Assembly (NCBI GenBank): GCA_900767875.1
Contig: CAAGAT010000074.1
Span: 34,270-98,269, forward strand
DNA: 64,000 bases
Reading direction: 5' to 3'
From: an uncultured Sutterella sp.
GTDB lineage: Bacteria; Pseudomonadota; Gammaproteobacteria; Burkholderiales; Burkholderiaceae_F
Every line of letters begins with the position of its first letter. Position 1 is the stretch's first letter. The position numbers and the translations under genes are program-made. Positions 28,270 through 40,990 of the stretch are shown here, one piece after another. The notes below the pieces were generated by a model. It was given only the letters and a program-made list of their open reading frames with translations. It was not told where the DNA came from and searched no databases.

Positions 28270-29067
28270 ATGGATCAGACTAGCAATGTTCTGCCCGACG
28301 TCCAGAACCTGATGGACGGGCGCAATATTCCCATCGACCGCGTCGGCATCCGTGACCTGACGGTGCCGCTGCAGGTGCAAAGCGTCAAGGGCCCCCAGCC
28401 GACGGTGGCCAAGGTCTGCATGTGCGTGTCCCTGCCCGCCGACAAGCGCGGTACCCACATGTCGCGCTTTGTCTCGCTCATGGCCGACAATCCCGAGCCC
28501 CTGTCGAGCGACATGATGCGCGCCACGCTCGAAAAGATGCTCGAGCTGCTCGAAGCCGAGGAAGGCTACATCGAAATCTCCTGCCCGTTCTTTGTGACCA
28601 AGACGAGCCCGATGTCCAAGCTCAAGAGCCTGATGAACTACGACGTGCGCTTCATTGCCGAGCGCACGGCCGGCCGCACCCGCGTCGTGCAGGAAATCAG
28701 CGCGCCGGTGACGAGCCTGTGCCCGTGCAGCCGCGAAATCAGCGACTACGGTGCCCACAACCAGCGCTCGCACATCGTGGTGGCGCTCGAACTGGCCGGC
28801 CCCATGTCCCTGGAGGAACAGATCCGCTTTGCCGAAACCTCGGCCTCGTGCGAGTTGTGGAGCCGCCTCAAGCGCAACGACGAAAAGTACGTCACCGAGT
28901 TTGCGTACGACCATCCCAAGTTCGTCGAAGACATCATCCGCGACGTGTGCAAGCAGCTCAACGCGGACGATCGCGTCGTGTGGTACCGCGCCGAAGCCGA
29001 AAACTTTGAATCAATTCATAACCATTCGGCCTACGCCACGATTTCGCGCGACAAGCGTCACGCGTAA
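28270..29067 (+). CDS. folE2: GTP cyclohydrolase FolE2 (type IB, MptA family)
   Basis: 265 aa with full-length resemblance to the FolE2/DUF198 family (VCMCVSLPADKRGTHMSRF, CPCSREISDYGAHNQRSH). Confidence 0.85.
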   Translation: MDQTSNVLPDVQNLMDGRNIPIDRVGIRDLTVPLQVQSVKGPQPTVAKVCMCVSLPADKRGTHMSRFVSLMADNPEPLSSDMMRATLEKMLELLEAEEGYIEISCPFFVTKTSPMSKLKSLMNYDVRFIAERTAGRTRVVQEISAPVTSLCPCSREISDYGAHNQRSHIVVALELAGPMSLEEQIRFAETSASCELWSRLKRNDEKYVTEFAYDHPKFVEDIIRDVCKQLNADDRVVWYRAEAENFESIHNHSAYATISRDKRHA

Positions 29068-29163
29068 AATTCAAAAATCAGAAAAATCGGCAGGCGGTCT
29101 TTTTGACCGCCTGTTGTTATGCGGCCGCCGCGGCCGCCCTCCTTCCAAAGTTAGACACCCATC

Positions 29164-30894
29164 ATGATCGAAGACCAGAAACTGGCACTCACCGAAATGC
29201 TCAACCGCGCCCTGACCGCCTGCGGCCAGTCGCCCGAACCCATCCGTCTGGAGCGCCCCAAGCAGGCCGGTCACGGTGACCTGGCGAGCAACATCGCCCT
29301 GCAGTGCGCCAAGAAGGCGGGCAAGAACCCGCGCGAGTTGGCCACTTCTCTGGTTGAGGCCATGAAAAAGGACGCCGCCTTCGGTGACATTCTCTCGGAC
29401 GCGGAAATCGCCGGTCCGGGCTTCATCAACTTCCGCTTCTCGCAGGAAGCCAAGGTGCACGCCGTACGCGACGTGCTGCGCCGCGCCGAAAACTACGGCA
29501 AGAGCGATGCCTTTGCCGGCAAGAGCGTGCTGCTCGAGTACGTCTCGGCCAACCCGACCGGCCCCCTGCACCTCGGCCACGCCCGTCAGGGCGCCTTGGG
29601 CGACGTTCTGTCGCGCATCATGGCCACGCAGGGCTATCGCGTGATGCGCGAGTTCTACTACAACGACGCGGGCGTTCAGATTCACAATCTGGCCATTTCG
29701 GTGCAGGCCCGCGCCAAGGAACTCGCCGGCGAGCAGACGGCCGAAGCCTTCCCGGAAAACGGCTATCACGGCGACTACATCATGGACATCGCCCGTGACT
29801 TCACGGCCAAAAAGAGCGTGATCACGACCGCGGGCGAAACGATCGAATCGACGGGCGACACGAACGACCTCGACCTCGTCCGCCGCTACTCCGTGGCCTA
29901 CCTGCGCAACGAACAGGACGCCGACCTCAAGCAGCTCGGCGTGGCCTTCGACAACTTCTATCTGGAAAGCTCGCTTTACACCGACGGGCGTGTGGCCAAG
30001 GCGGTCGAGGCGATCGTCAAGGCGGGCTACACGTACGAGGCCGACGGCGCACTGTGGCTACGTACCACCGACGAAGCCTTCAAGGACTTTAAGGACGACA
30101 AGGACCGCGTGATGCGCAAGAAGGACGGTTACTACACCTACTTCGTGCCCGACGTGGCCTATCACCTGGCCAAGTTCGAACGCGGCTTTGACCGCGCCAT
30201 CAACATTCAGGGGGCGGATCACCACGGCACGGTCGCGCGCGTGCGCATCGGCCTGCAGGCCGCCTCCAAGACGCTGGGCATCACGATTCCCAAGACCTTC
30301 CCCGAGTACCTGCTGCACAAGATGCTGCTCGTCGTCAAGGACGGTCAGGAAGTCAAGATGAGTAAGCGCGCGGGCACCTACGTCACCCTGCGCGACCTTG
30401 TCGACTGGGTCGGCCGCGACGCCGCCCGCTTCTTCCTGGTCTCCCGCAAGTCCGACGCCGAATTCGTCTTTGACATCAATCTGGCCTGCTCCAAGTCCGA
30501 CGAAAACCCGGTCTACTACCTGCAGTACGCCCACGCGCGCATCTGCTCGGTGCTGCGTCAGGCCGCCGAAAAGGGCTTTGCCGTTCCGACAGCCGAAGAA
30601 GCCGCTTCGGCCGACCTCTCGAGCCTGACGGGTGCGGCCGCCACGGCGCTGGCCGGCAAGTTCGCCGGCTACGGCGAAACGCTGGCCGTGGCCGCCCGCG
30701 ATCTGGCCCCGCACCTGATCTGCGTGTACCTCAAGGAGCTGGCCGCCGACTTCCACGCCTTCTACAACGCCGAGCGCGTGCTCGTCGACGACGAAGCCGA
30801 ACGCAAGGCGCGTCTGGCCCTTTGCATGGCCGCCCGTCAGGTGCTGGCCAACGGTCTGGCCGTGCTGGGCGTGAGCGCGCCCGAACACATGTAA
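29164..30894 (+). CDS. argS: arginyl-tRNA synthetase
   Basis: 576 aa; class I HIGH motif ([11 protein letters not shown]); ArgRS N-terminal and DALR anticodon-binding domains. Confidence 0.95.
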   Translation: MIEDQKLALTEMLNRALTACGQSPEPIRLERPKQAGHGDLASNIALQCAKKAGKNPRELATSLVEAMKKDAAFGDILSDAEIAGPGFINFRFSQEAKVHAVRDVLRRAENYGKSDAFAGKSVLLEYVSANPTGPLHLGHARQGALGDVLSRIMATQGYRVMREFYYNDAGVQIHNLAISVQARAKELAGEQTAEAFPENGYHGDYIMDIARDFTAKKSVITTAGETIESTGDTNDLDLVRRYSVAYLRNEQDADLKQLGVAFDNFYLESSLYTDGRVAKAVEAIVKAGYTYEADGALWLRTTDEAFKDFKDDKDRVMRKKDGYYTYFVPDVAYHLAKFERGFDRAINIQGADHHGTVARVRIGLQAASKTLGITIPKTFPEYLLHKMLLVVKDGQEVKMSKRAGTYVTLRDLVDWVGRDAARFFLVSRKSDAEFVFDINLACSKSDENPVYYLQYAHARICSVLRQAAEKGFAVPTAEEAASADLSSLTGAAATALAGKFAGYGETLAVAARDLAPHLICVYLKELAADFHAFYNAERVLVDDEAERKARLALCMAARQVLANGLAVLGVSAPEHM

Positions 30895-30909
30895 CCCACA
30901 GAGGACACG

Positions 30910-31428
30910 ATGCGAAAGTACTCCGGCGCGGCGCTGTTCTGGTCCTTTTCGATGGGCGTGGTGACCGCGCTCATCCTCGCGGCCGCGGCGTTCATCGTCA
31001 TCACGAACGCCCCGATTCCGTTCGTCAACAAGATCCAGCAGGTCAACACCTCGGTCAACGAGGCGCTGTTGGACGGCAAATCGATTGACCCCAACCGCAA
31101 GCTCTACGATGCGGGACAGGGCAGTGAGCAGACCGAAAGCCAGGTCGCCGCGGTGACCGCCGGCGGCCAGGGCGCCAGCGAAGTGGTGGACACCGACCGC
31201 TGGTGGGTCAACGCGGGCACCTTCTCCGAGCTGCCCGACGCCGAAAAGGTGCGCGGTCAGATCGCCTTTACGGGCAACGACGCCCAGATCGAATACCGCC
31301 GCGAAGCCGGCAAGCGCGTCTACCGCGTGCGCCTCGGACCGTTTGAAAACGAAACGGCCGCCGAAGAGATCCGACAGACCCTGGCCGACAACGGCATTCA
31401 GGGCTCCGTCATGCACCAGTCCAACTAA
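30910..31428 (+). CDS. SPOR-domain septal peptidoglycan-binding protein
   Basis: N-terminal TM anchor; C-terminal SPOR domain (WWVNAGTFSE..YRVRLGPFENETAAEEI). Confidence 0.75.
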   Translation: MRKYSGAALFWSFSMGVVTALILAAAAFIVITNAPIPFVNKIQQVNTSVNEALLDGKSIDPNRKLYDAGQGSEQTESQVAAVTAGGQGASEVVDTDRWWVNAGTFSELPDAEKVRGQIAFTGNDAQIEYRREAGKRVYRVRLGPFENETAAEEIRQTLADNGIQGSVMHQSN

Positions 31429-31454
31429 CCTTTGACATTACTGAAAGCACTACG

Positions 31455-32114
31455 ATGATTTCCCGCCGACTTCTTCTGTCTTCGGCCGCGGCTCTGGGCG
31501 CGGTTCCGTTCCCGGATTTGCTTCTTGCCGCCCCCGTCAATCCGACGCTCGGCAAGGAATACACCGCGGTGCGCCCTGCGCTGGAATTTCCCAAGAGCCC
31601 CGTGGTCATTCACGACTTTTTTGCCTACACCTGCCCGCATTGCCTGTCGTTTGCGCCGCTGATGGAGCAGTACACCCTTTCCAAGAAGTCCGATCCGAAC
31701 GTCAAGATCGTGCCCGTGCCCGTGGCCTGGACCGACGATCTGTCGATCTTCCCGCGCGTGTACTACGCCTTTGAAGCCAAGGGTCTGATCGAGAAGCTGC
31801 ACATGAACTTCTGGACCTGGGTGATCCGCGAGGAACACGACTGGAAGACGCTCGAAGACATCGAAAAGGACGTGCTCGGCTGGGTCAAGGCCCACGGCGA
31901 AGATCCGGACAAGTTCCGCGAACTGCTCGGCAGCTTCTCGGTGGTGAGCAAGTACCATCAGGCCACCCGCATGTGGAAGAACTACGGCGTGGACGCCACC
32001 CCCTGCATCGGCGTGGACGGCCGCTGGATCACGGCGCCGCATCTGGCCGGTACCCGTCAGGGCGCCATCGACGTCACCGAATGGCTCGTCAAGAAAGCCC
32101 TCGAGGAAAAGTAA
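31455..32114 (+). CDS. dsbA: thiol:disulfide interchange protein DsbA
   Basis: Signal peptide; CPHC active site (FFAYTCPHCLSF); 219 aa. Confidence 0.85.
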   Translation: MISRRLLLSSAAALGAVPFPDLLLAAPVNPTLGKEYTAVRPALEFPKSPVVIHDFFAYTCPHCLSFAPLMEQYTLSKKSDPNVKIVPVPVAWTDDLSIFPRVYYAFEAKGLIEKLHMNFWTWVIREEHDWKTLEDIEKDVLGWVKAHGEDPDKFRELLGSFSVVSKYHQATRMWKNYGVDATPCIGVDGRWITAPHLAGTRQGAIDVTEWLVKKALEEK

Positions 32115-32885
32115 ATGCGCGTCTTCATCACAGGGGCCTCGAGCGGCATCGGCCAGGCACTGGCCCGGCGCTTTGACGCCATGGGCGCCGAACTCGGCCT
32201 GGTGGGCCGTAGCCGGGAAAAGCTCGAAGCCACGCTCGGCCAAATGCACAACGCCGAGCGCCATGCGATCTATGCCCTCGACGTCACCGACCGCGCGGCG
32301 CTTTTTGCGGCCGCCCGCGACTTTGACGCCAAGGCGCCCGTCGACATCGTGCTGGCCAACGCCGGCATTTCGATCGGCGTGAAAACCGAATACGAAGAAG
32401 ACCTCGACGTGCTCGAGAAGGTCTACCGCACCAACGTTTTTGCGATGGCCGCGACCTTTCATCCCTTCATCGAACCGATGAGCAAGCGCGGCGGCGGTCA
32501 GTTCGTCGGCATCGGCTCGGTGGCCGGCATCCGCGGCCTACCCGGTAGCGAAGCGTACTGCTCGAGCAAGGCGGCCGTGATCAGCTACCTCGAGAGCCTG
32601 CGCAACGACGTGCGCAAGTACGGCATCGCCGTCACGACGATCTGCCCGGGGTTCGTGCGCACGCCGCTGACGGCCAAAAACCCCTACCGCATGCCCTTCA
32701 TTCTCGAGACCGACGAATTCGCCGGCCGCGCGGTCAAGGCGATTCTGGCCAAGGACTCGTACCGCGTCATTCCCTGGCAGATGGCCTGGGTAGCGCGCCT
32801 ACTCAAGATCCTGCCCGACGCGGTCTTTGACCGTGCCTTAAGCGGCCGCGGCGAAAAGCCACGCGCCAAAGATCTCGACCTCTGA
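32115..32885 (+). CDS. short-chain dehydrogenase/reductase (SDR) family oxidoreductase
   Basis: TGASSGIG cofactor motif and the YCSSKAA catalytic motif. Confidence 0.85.
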   Translation: MRVFITGASSGIGQALARRFDAMGAELGLVGRSREKLEATLGQMHNAERHAIYALDVTDRAALFAAARDFDAKAPVDIVLANAGISIGVKTEYEEDLDVLEKVYRTNVFAMAATFHPFIEPMSKRGGGQFVGIGSVAGIRGLPGSEAYCSSKAAVISYLESLRNDVRKYGIAVTTICPGFVRTPLTAKNPYRMPFILETDEFAGRAVKAILAKDSYRVIPWQMAWVARLLKILPDAVFDRALSGRGEKPRAKDLDL

Positions 32886-32936
32886 TGCAAACGCCCCGAT
32901 TTCGGTCGGGGCGTTTCGTTTCGGGGGCGGATTCTT

Positions 32937-33881
32937 TCAGTCGTTCGCGTCGGGATCCTCGCGGCTGAGCATCTCGTAGAGCGCGTCGCGTTTAAGACCC
33001 GTCACACGGGCCGCCAGAGCCGCCGCGCGGCTCTTGGGAAGTTCCTTGGCCACGGCTCGCAGCCACTTGAGATCCTTGGCATCGAGCGTCTCCTCGCCCT
33101 TTTCCTGCATGTCCACCACCACGGCGTATTCGCCGCGGGCTTCGTGGGTCTTGACCCAAGCCGTGAGGTCCGCGGCGCTCATCGCGTCAAAGGACTCAAA
33201 CTTTTTGGTGAGCTCTCGAGCCACCACCACGCGCCGCTCGGGGTGCAGCACTTCGGCCAGATCCTTTAAAAGGTCGGCGATGCGGTGCGGCGCCTCATAA
33301 ACGACGAACGCCTCCTCTTTGGCGGCCAAGGCCAAGAGAGCCGCGCGCCGGGCCTTGCCCGAAGGGGGCACGAAGCCGGCGAAGGTAAAGCTGTAGGAGT
33401 CCAGGCCCGAGGCCGACAGGGCCGTCACCACGGCGCTGGCGCCCGGAATTGGGATCACGCGAAAGCCGGCCTCACGCACACTTTGCACGGCTCTGGCTCC
33501 GGGGTCGCTCACCGCAGGCGTGCCCGCGTCGGTCACCAGGGCGATGCGCTCGCCCTTTTGAAGACATTCGATGAGTTTGACCGCGGCTGAGCGCTCGTTG
33601 TGCTCGTGCACGCTGATCGTGGGCGTGTCGATGCCGTAACGGTCCAGGATCTTGCGCGTCTCGCGCGTGTCCTCGCAGGCCACGCGGTCGCAGATATCCA
33701 ACACCCAAAGCGCACGCAACGTGATGTCGGCCGCATTGCCGATCGGAAGCCCTACAATATAGAGCGCTGACTGCGGAAAGCTCTGCTGCGCCGTCTGCGC
33801 ACTCTGCATCAGGGGATCGGCCGCAAACCGAGGCGAAGCCCCCGTCCGAACCGTTTCATCTGTCTTTGAAGTGAACTGCAT
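32937..33881 (-). CDS. rsmI: 16S rRNA (cytidine1402-2'-O)-methyltransferase RsmI
   Basis: LYIVGLPIGNAADITLRALWVL..CEDTRETRKIL tetrapyrrole-methylase-fold signature. An internal start (MQSAQTAQQ) is possible. Confidence 0.85.
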   Translation of the reverse strand: MQFTSKTDETVRTGASPRFAADPLMQSAQTAQQSFPQSALYIVGLPIGNAADITLRALWVLDICDRVACEDTRETRKILDRYGIDTPTISVHEHNERSAAVKLIECLQKGERIALVTDAGTPAVSDPGARAVQSVREAGFRVIPIPGASAVVTALSASGLDSYSFTFAGFVPPSGKARRAALLALAAKEEAFVVYEAPHRIADLLKDLAEVLHPERRVVVARELTKKFESFDAMSAADLTAWVKTHEARGEYAVVVDMQEKGEETLDAKDLKWLRAVAKELPKSRAAALAARVTGLKRDALYEMLSREDPDAND

Positions 33882-35868
33882 CGTGAAAAATCCTGCCGTT
33901 GCCGGCCTTTTTTGCGCTTTTTCCTTGTGGTCGTCCTGCGCTGCGCTCGCGCAGCAAGCGCCGCAGACGGCGCCCTCCGCCGATCAGACACAGCCGGCGG
34001 CCGTGCAAAATCCCGCGGCCAATGCCAAACTTGAAGCGGCTCTCGGAACCGTTTCCGCAGCCGAAACCGCCGACGGCGCCCACTCCCCGGCACCGGCCGT
34101 TGAGCAAACCGCGCCGCAGGCCTCGCCCGAGACGGCGCCCGCCGACGCCACGGATGCGGCTGCACCGACCCTTCCGGCCTCCGATCCGCTCCCTGCGGAA
34201 TCGGGCGCGGACATGACGGCGCTGACGCAAACCGTTGAGGCGCCGATTGAAGACGCCACCCGCACGGTGGCCTTCCTGCTGCCCGCGGCGGACTCGCCGC
34301 TGGAAACGCCCACGCAGGCCGCCCTGCAGGGGCTGCTTGCCGCCAATTATGCATCAGAGCATCCGGTGCGGGTTCTGCTCGTGCGTCCGGGCTCGGACGG
34401 CTCGGCCGTCTCGCAGCTTAAGGCCGCCGCACAAGCCGGGGCCCAGGTCGCCGTCGGTCCCCTGGATCGGCGCGCGATCGATCAGATCGCCAAACTCAGT
34501 TATCTGCCCCTGCCCCTCGTGACGCTCAACGAAATCGAGCTTGACGAAACGACGCCGATGACGAGCGAAGAAATTGAAACGGAACGCGCGTTGCGTCAGG
34601 CCCGCAAGGACGCCGCCGCGCTGGCCGGCCAAACCGAGCAGCCGGTGCAAACGCAGATCGAAGCTGAACAGGCCGCCGCCGAACAAAGCGCGCCGGGCCC
34701 AGAAGGTGAAGAGAGCCAAGAGAGCGCCGGCCGCATCTCCTCGCAGACCAAGGTGCCCGGTCTCGTGCTCGCGCAGGACATCGAGCCGCCCTTTGTGAAC
34801 GTGCAGCCGCGACGCTTTCCGCGCAACATGCTCATGCTGGGCATGAGCATGGAACACGATGCGCGCTACCTGGCGCGCCTGGGTGTGGCGGCGCTGCCCG
34901 AGACGACCGAAGCGGGCGAAAAACCCAAGGTGCTGCTGATCGATCACGACACGCCCCTGGAAAAGCGCGTCTCGCAGGCCTTTGAGTCCGAACTCATCCG
35001 TCAGGGCTTTACGCCCGATCGCCTCACGGTCGACATGCAGGAATTCACGCGTCTGCGCAAGTTCTTCGAACTGGTGGTGGAAAAGCTCAACACCGAAGAA
35101 TTCGACGAAGTGCTGATCGATCAGGAAGCCGATCCGGTGGGCTGGCGTCAGCAGCAAATCCGCATCCGCCGTCTTGAAGCGGCCAAGCGGGCGCGCGTGG
35201 CCCTCTCCGAGCCCCCGTACTACGCCGCGTTCCTGGCGATGGACGCCAAGAACGCCTCGCTCGTGCGCTCGCGTCTGCCGATCCGCACCCGCGTCTGGGC
35301 CACGTCCCTGACCAACCCCGGCGAAACCAAGACCGACTCGGTCGCCCGCGCCATGACCTATGACCTGCTGCAGGTGGGCCTGGCCGATGCGCCGATGATC
35401 CTCAATTTCGATCCCGAATCCTTTGAGCAGACCTATCGGGTGCCCGTGCCCGAAACGACCCTGGATAAGCGCCTCTTTGCCCTCGGTGCCGACGCCCTCG
35501 TGCTGTCGCAGTCCGTGGCCAAGGGCGTGTCCTCCTCGCAGGTCAAGGGCCTGTTGGGGACCCTCACCTACAACCTCAATTACTCGCCTCTGGTGGACCG
35601 CCGTCCCCAGACGGCCATGATTCAGGGCGGCACCGTCAAGGTGGTGAGCGAACGGGACCTCGTGGACTTTGAAGTGCTCAAACAGAGCCGCCGTCTGCGC
35701 GCCCAGAGCCGCTCGCTCGAGCGTCTGACGCGCGAAGCCGAAAAGGCCGCCGAAGAGGCAGGCACGCTCGCGCCGCAGGACGGCACGCCAGCCATCGAAG
35801 AGCCGGGCGCTCCCGCGCCCGAGGCTCCCGCCGCCTCCCAAGAGGCCGCCCCCGCCGCTCTTCCCTGA
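33871..35868 (+). CDS. LpoA/LppC-like penicillin-binding-protein activator lipoprotein with extended A/P/E-rich low-complexity regions
   Basis: Signal and lipobox-like N-terminus (FSLWSSC). C-terminal periplasmic-binding-like domain. Divergent from rsmI, as yraL-yraM (rsmI-lpoA) are in E. coli. Confidence 0.5.
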   Translation: MNCIVKNPAVAGLFCAFSLWSSCAALAQQAPQTAPSADQTQPAAVQNPAANAKLEAALGTVSAAETADGAHSPAPAVEQTAPQASPETAPADATDAAAPTLPASDPLPAESGADMTALTQTVEAPIEDATRTVAFLLPAADSPLETPTQAALQGLLAANYASEHPVRVLLVRPGSDGSAVSQLKAAAQAGAQVAVGPLDRRAIDQIAKLSYLPLPLVTLNEIELDETTPMTSEEIETERALRQARKDAAALAGQTEQPVQTQIEAEQAAAEQSAPGPEGEESQESAGRISSQTKVPGLVLAQDIEPPFVNVQPRRFPRNMLMLGMSMEHDARYLARLGVAALPETTEAGEKPKVLLIDHDTPLEKRVSQAFESELIRQGFTPDRLTVDMQEFTRLRKFFELVVEKLNTEEFDEVLIDQEADPVGWRQQQIRIRRLEAAKRARVALSEPPYYAAFLAMDAKNASLVRSRLPIRTRVWATSLTNPGETKTDSVARAMTYDLLQVGLADAPMILNFDPESFEQTYRVPVPETTLDKRLFALGADALVLSQSVAKGVSSSQVKGLLGTLTYNLNYSPLVDRRPQTAMIQGGTVKVVSERDLVDFEVLKQSRRLRAQSRSLERLTREAEKAAEEAGTLAPQDGTPAIEEPGAPAPEAPAASQEAAPAALP

Positions 35869-35883
35869 TAGACAGCAGCACCT

Positions 35884-37713
<1,830 letters not shown>

Positions 37714-37737
37714 GGCCGACGTCGGAGAGCCGCAGCG

Positions 37738-39219
37738 ATGTTTGAAAGCCTTTCCTCACAGGAATTCTGGATGGCGCTGGCCGGTGCCGGCGCCCTTGTC
37801 CTGCAGATCACCCTCACGTTGGGCGTGACGCTGCGGGTGATCCTGACGCGCCATCCGCCGGGCAGCTCCTTTGCCTGGATTTTGCTCACCATCGCCCTGC
37901 CCTTCGTCGGGTTCGTTCTTTACGTCTGGCTCGGCGAGCGGCCCATCGGCAAATGGCGGGCGCGACGGCTGCGCAAGCTGCTGGCGCTCTGGGAAAAGGT
38001 CACCAACCAGGACTATGCCCAGGCGGGCATGCTGCCGTGCCTTCCGCACGGGCAGCGCCACAAAGGGCTGGCGCGTCTGGCCGAGCGCTTGGGCGACATG
38101 CCCATGACGCGCGGCTCCAAACTCGAGCTGTTGCCCGACTCCTTTCAGGCGCTCGAGCGCATTTGCGCCGACATCGAAGCCGCCCGCTCGTCCGTGTCCA
38201 TGGAGTTTTACATCTGGGGCGTGGGCGGATGGTGCGACAAGATCGCGCAGGCCGTGCTCGAGGCGGCCGAGCGCGGCTGCCACTGCCGCATTCTCGTCGA
38301 CGACATCGGCTCGCGCACCTGGCTCAAGACAACCTGGCCGGCCCGTCTGATTGCGGCGGGCGTGCACGTCTCGCGCGCTCTGCCCGTGAGCCTCATGCCC
38401 ATGGCCAAGGGCCGCGCCGACCTGCGGCTGCACCGCAAGACGGTCATCATCGACGAGCGCGTCGGGTATACGGGAAGCCTGAATCTCATCGACCCGGACG
38501 TCTTTCACGTCAGCGAAGGCGTGGGCGAATGGGTCGACGCCATGGTTCGCGTCGAAGGCACGGCCGTGCGCGACCTCAACCAGGTCTTTCTCTTTGACTG
38601 GGCACTGCAGCCCGACATCGAGGGCGAGCGCGTCACGCTCGAGCGCACCGAACCGGTTCCCCCCGCCGGTTCGGCCTGCGTCACCGTGGTGCCCTCGGGG
38701 CCCACAACGGTCGACGACGCCAACCAAAGGCTCATTCTCGAGGCGATCAGTTGCGCGCGCGAGCGCATTTTCATCACCACCCCCTACTTCGTGCCGGGCG
38801 AGACGATCATTCTGGCCCTGCAGAACGCGGCCATGCGCGGCGTGGACGTGCACGTGTGCATTCCCAGACGGCCCGACTCGCAGTTCGTGCGCTGGGCCAG
38901 CCGCCGCTACTTCAGCGATCTGATGAAGTCGGGCGTCAAGCTCGCGTTTTTCACCGACGGTCTGCTGCACACCAAGGCCATCACGGTCGACGCCACGTTC
39001 AGCCTATTTGGCACCGTCAATCTCGACAAACGCAGCCTGCATCTGAATTTTGAGATGATGCTGCTCATCTTCGACACGCAGTTCGTGGCCGACATGACCG
39101 CCCTGCACCGCCGCTACGAGGCCCGCTCCGTGGCGATCGACCCGCAGCGCTGGCACAAACGCAGCCTCTGGCAGCGCTTTCTTGAGGGCGCCAGCTACCT
39201 TTTAAGCCCCCTGCTCTGA
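37738..39219 (+). CDS. cls: cardiolipin synthase (PLD superfamily, two HKD motifs)
   Basis: N-terminal TM helices; HKD motifs HRKTVIIDERVGYTGSLN and HTKAITVDATFSLFGTVN. Confidence 0.9.
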   Translation: MFESLSSQEFWMALAGAGALVLQITLTLGVTLRVILTRHPPGSSFAWILLTIALPFVGFVLYVWLGERPIGKWRARRLRKLLALWEKVTNQDYAQAGMLPCLPHGQRHKGLARLAERLGDMPMTRGSKLELLPDSFQALERICADIEAARSSVSMEFYIWGVGGWCDKIAQAVLEAAERGCHCRILVDDIGSRTWLKTTWPARLIAAGVHVSRALPVSLMPMAKGRADLRLHRKTVIIDERVGYTGSLNLIDPDVFHVSEGVGEWVDAMVRVEGTAVRDLNQVFLFDWALQPDIEGERVTLERTEPVPPAGSACVTVVPSGPTTVDDANQRLILEAISCARERIFITTPYFVPGETIILALQNAAMRGVDVHVCIPRRPDSQFVRWASRRYFSDLMKSGVKLAFFTDGLLHTKAITVDATFSLFGTVNLDKRSLHLNFEMMLLIFDTQFVADMTALHRRYEARSVAIDPQRWHKRSLWQRFLEGASYLLSPLL

Positions 39220-39298
39220 GTCAGACGCCAAGCAAGATGAAGGGCGCTTTCCCGCTCCGGAAAAGCACCCTCGTGTCGTCCCAATGGGGGCTTATCGC

Positions 39299-40843
39299 CT
39301 ACGCCTTGAGCGTAACAAGTGAGTGACCGCTCATCGCCTCGGGGGCCTTGACGCCCATCAGCGCCAAAACGGTGGGCGCCACGTCGGCCAGCACGCCGTT
39401 TTCCACGCTTTGGACGCGGTCGGAGACGACCACGATGGGCACGGGGTTAAGCGAATGGGCCGTGTTGGGCGAGCCGTCGGCGTTGACCGCATTGTCGGCA
39501 TTGCCGTGGTCGGCGATGATCACCGTCTCGTAGCCGGCGGCTTGGGCGGCCTGCACCACGGTTTTGACGCACGCATCCACCGCCTTGACGGCCTTGAGGA
39601 TGGCCTCGTACACGCCCGTGTGGCCGACCATGTCGCCGTTGGCAAAGTTCAGGCACACGAAGTTGTACTTGCGCTTGGCCAGAGCCGCGGCGAGCTTATC
39701 GGCGACCGTATAGGCGCTCATTTCGGGCTGCAGATCGTAGGTGGCCACCTTGGGGCTGGGCACCAGGATGCGCTCTTCGCCGTCAAAGACCGCTTCGCGC
39801 CCGCCGTTCAAAAAGAACGTCACGTGCGCGTACTTTTCGGTTTCGGCGATGCGCAGCTGCTTGAGGCCCTGCTTGGAGACCCACTCGCCGATCGTATCGG
39901 GCACGTTTTCCTTGGGGAAAAGCACGTGCACGTTCTTGTACGTCGGATCGTACGGGGTCATCGTGGCAAAGAAAAGCTCCAGAGGCCGCATGTCCTCGAC
40001 GGCCTGCTGCGTGAGCACCGTGGTGAGTTCCTTGGCGCGGTCGTTGCGGAAATTGATGAAGACCACCGCGTCGCCTGGGCGGATGCGGCCGATCGCCTCC
40101 CCCTTTTCATCGCACAGCACGTGCGGCTTCATGAATTCGTCCGTGACGCCCGCCTCATACGAGGCTGTCACGGCCGCGGCCGGATCGGCAAAGGGCTGCC
40201 CGCAGCCGTTGACGAGCAACGCATAGGCCTCGCGCACGCGCTCCCAGCGCTTGTCGCGGTCCATGGCGTAGTAGCGACCGATGAGGCTGGAGATGCGGCC
40301 GGCAAGCGCGCCGCTCTCAAGCTTGGCCTGCAGCGCCTTGACAAAGCCGAGCCCGCTCTTGGGGTCGGTGTCGCGCCCGTCCATGAAGGCGTGCACGAAG
40401 CTCTTGTCGATGCCTTCCCGCTTGGCCAGCGCCAGCAGCGCCTCCAGGTGTTCCAGCGACGAGTGCACGCCGCCGTCGGAGAAAAGCCCCATCACGTGCA
40501 GCGCGCAGCCCGTCGAGCGGACGTGCTCGATCAGGGCGCGGATTTCGGGGTTGGCCGCCAGAGACTCGGCCGAGCCCCCGGGGGCGCGGCAGGCGCGGTT
40601 GATCTTCACAAGATCCTGATAGACCACGCGACCGGCGCCGATGTTGAGGTGCCCCACTTCGGAGTTGCCCATCTGCCCGGCGGGCAGGCCCACGTTTTCG
40701 CCGTCGGTGCGCAGCTGCGCGTGCGGATAGTCGCGCGTGAGGGCGTCGAGGTAGGCGGGGTTGCCGGCACGGATGGCGTCGGCCTTATCACCGATGCCGA
40801 TGCCCCAGCCGTCGAGAATCATCAGTAAGACATTGCGCGTCAT
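39299..40843 (-). CDS. gpmI: 2,3-bisphosphoglycerate-independent phosphoglycerate mutase
   Basis: Start at [16 protein letters not shown]; full-length iPGM resemblance. Confidence 0.9.
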   Translation of the reverse strand: MTRNVLLMILDGWGIGIGDKADAIRAGNPAYLDALTRDYPHAQLRTDGENVGLPAGQMGNSEVGHLNIGAGRVVYQDLVKINRACRAPGGSAESLAANPEIRALIEHVRSTGCALHVMGLFSDGGVHSSLEHLEALLALAKREGIDKSFVHAFMDGRDTDPKSGLGFVKALQAKLESGALAGRISSLIGRYYAMDRDKRWERVREAYALLVNGCGQPFADPAAAVTASYEAGVTDEFMKPHVLCDEKGEAIGRIRPGDAVVFINFRNDRAKELTTVLTQQAVEDMRPLELFFATMTPYDPTYKNVHVLFPKENVPDTIGEWVSKQGLKQLRIAETEKYAHVTFFLNGGREAVFDGEERILVPSPKVATYDLQPEMSAYTVADKLAAALAKRKYNFVCLNFANGDMVGHTGVYEAILKAVKAVDACVKTVVQAAQAAGYETVIIADHGNADNAVNADGSPNTAHSLNPVPIVVVSDRVQSVENGVLADVAPTVLALMGVKAPEAMSGHSLVTLKA

Positions 40844-40990
40844 AAATGTGTTCCAAGAAACGGGCGGCGCTCGAAAATGGCCGAGGATGACCCGCATCAC
40901 TCGGCCAAGCGCCCGGGGTCTGCCCGGGCGTTTTTCCGCCGCAAATCAAGCGCAAAGATAATAGCCGATTCGGCTTTGGGGCGCCGCCCC

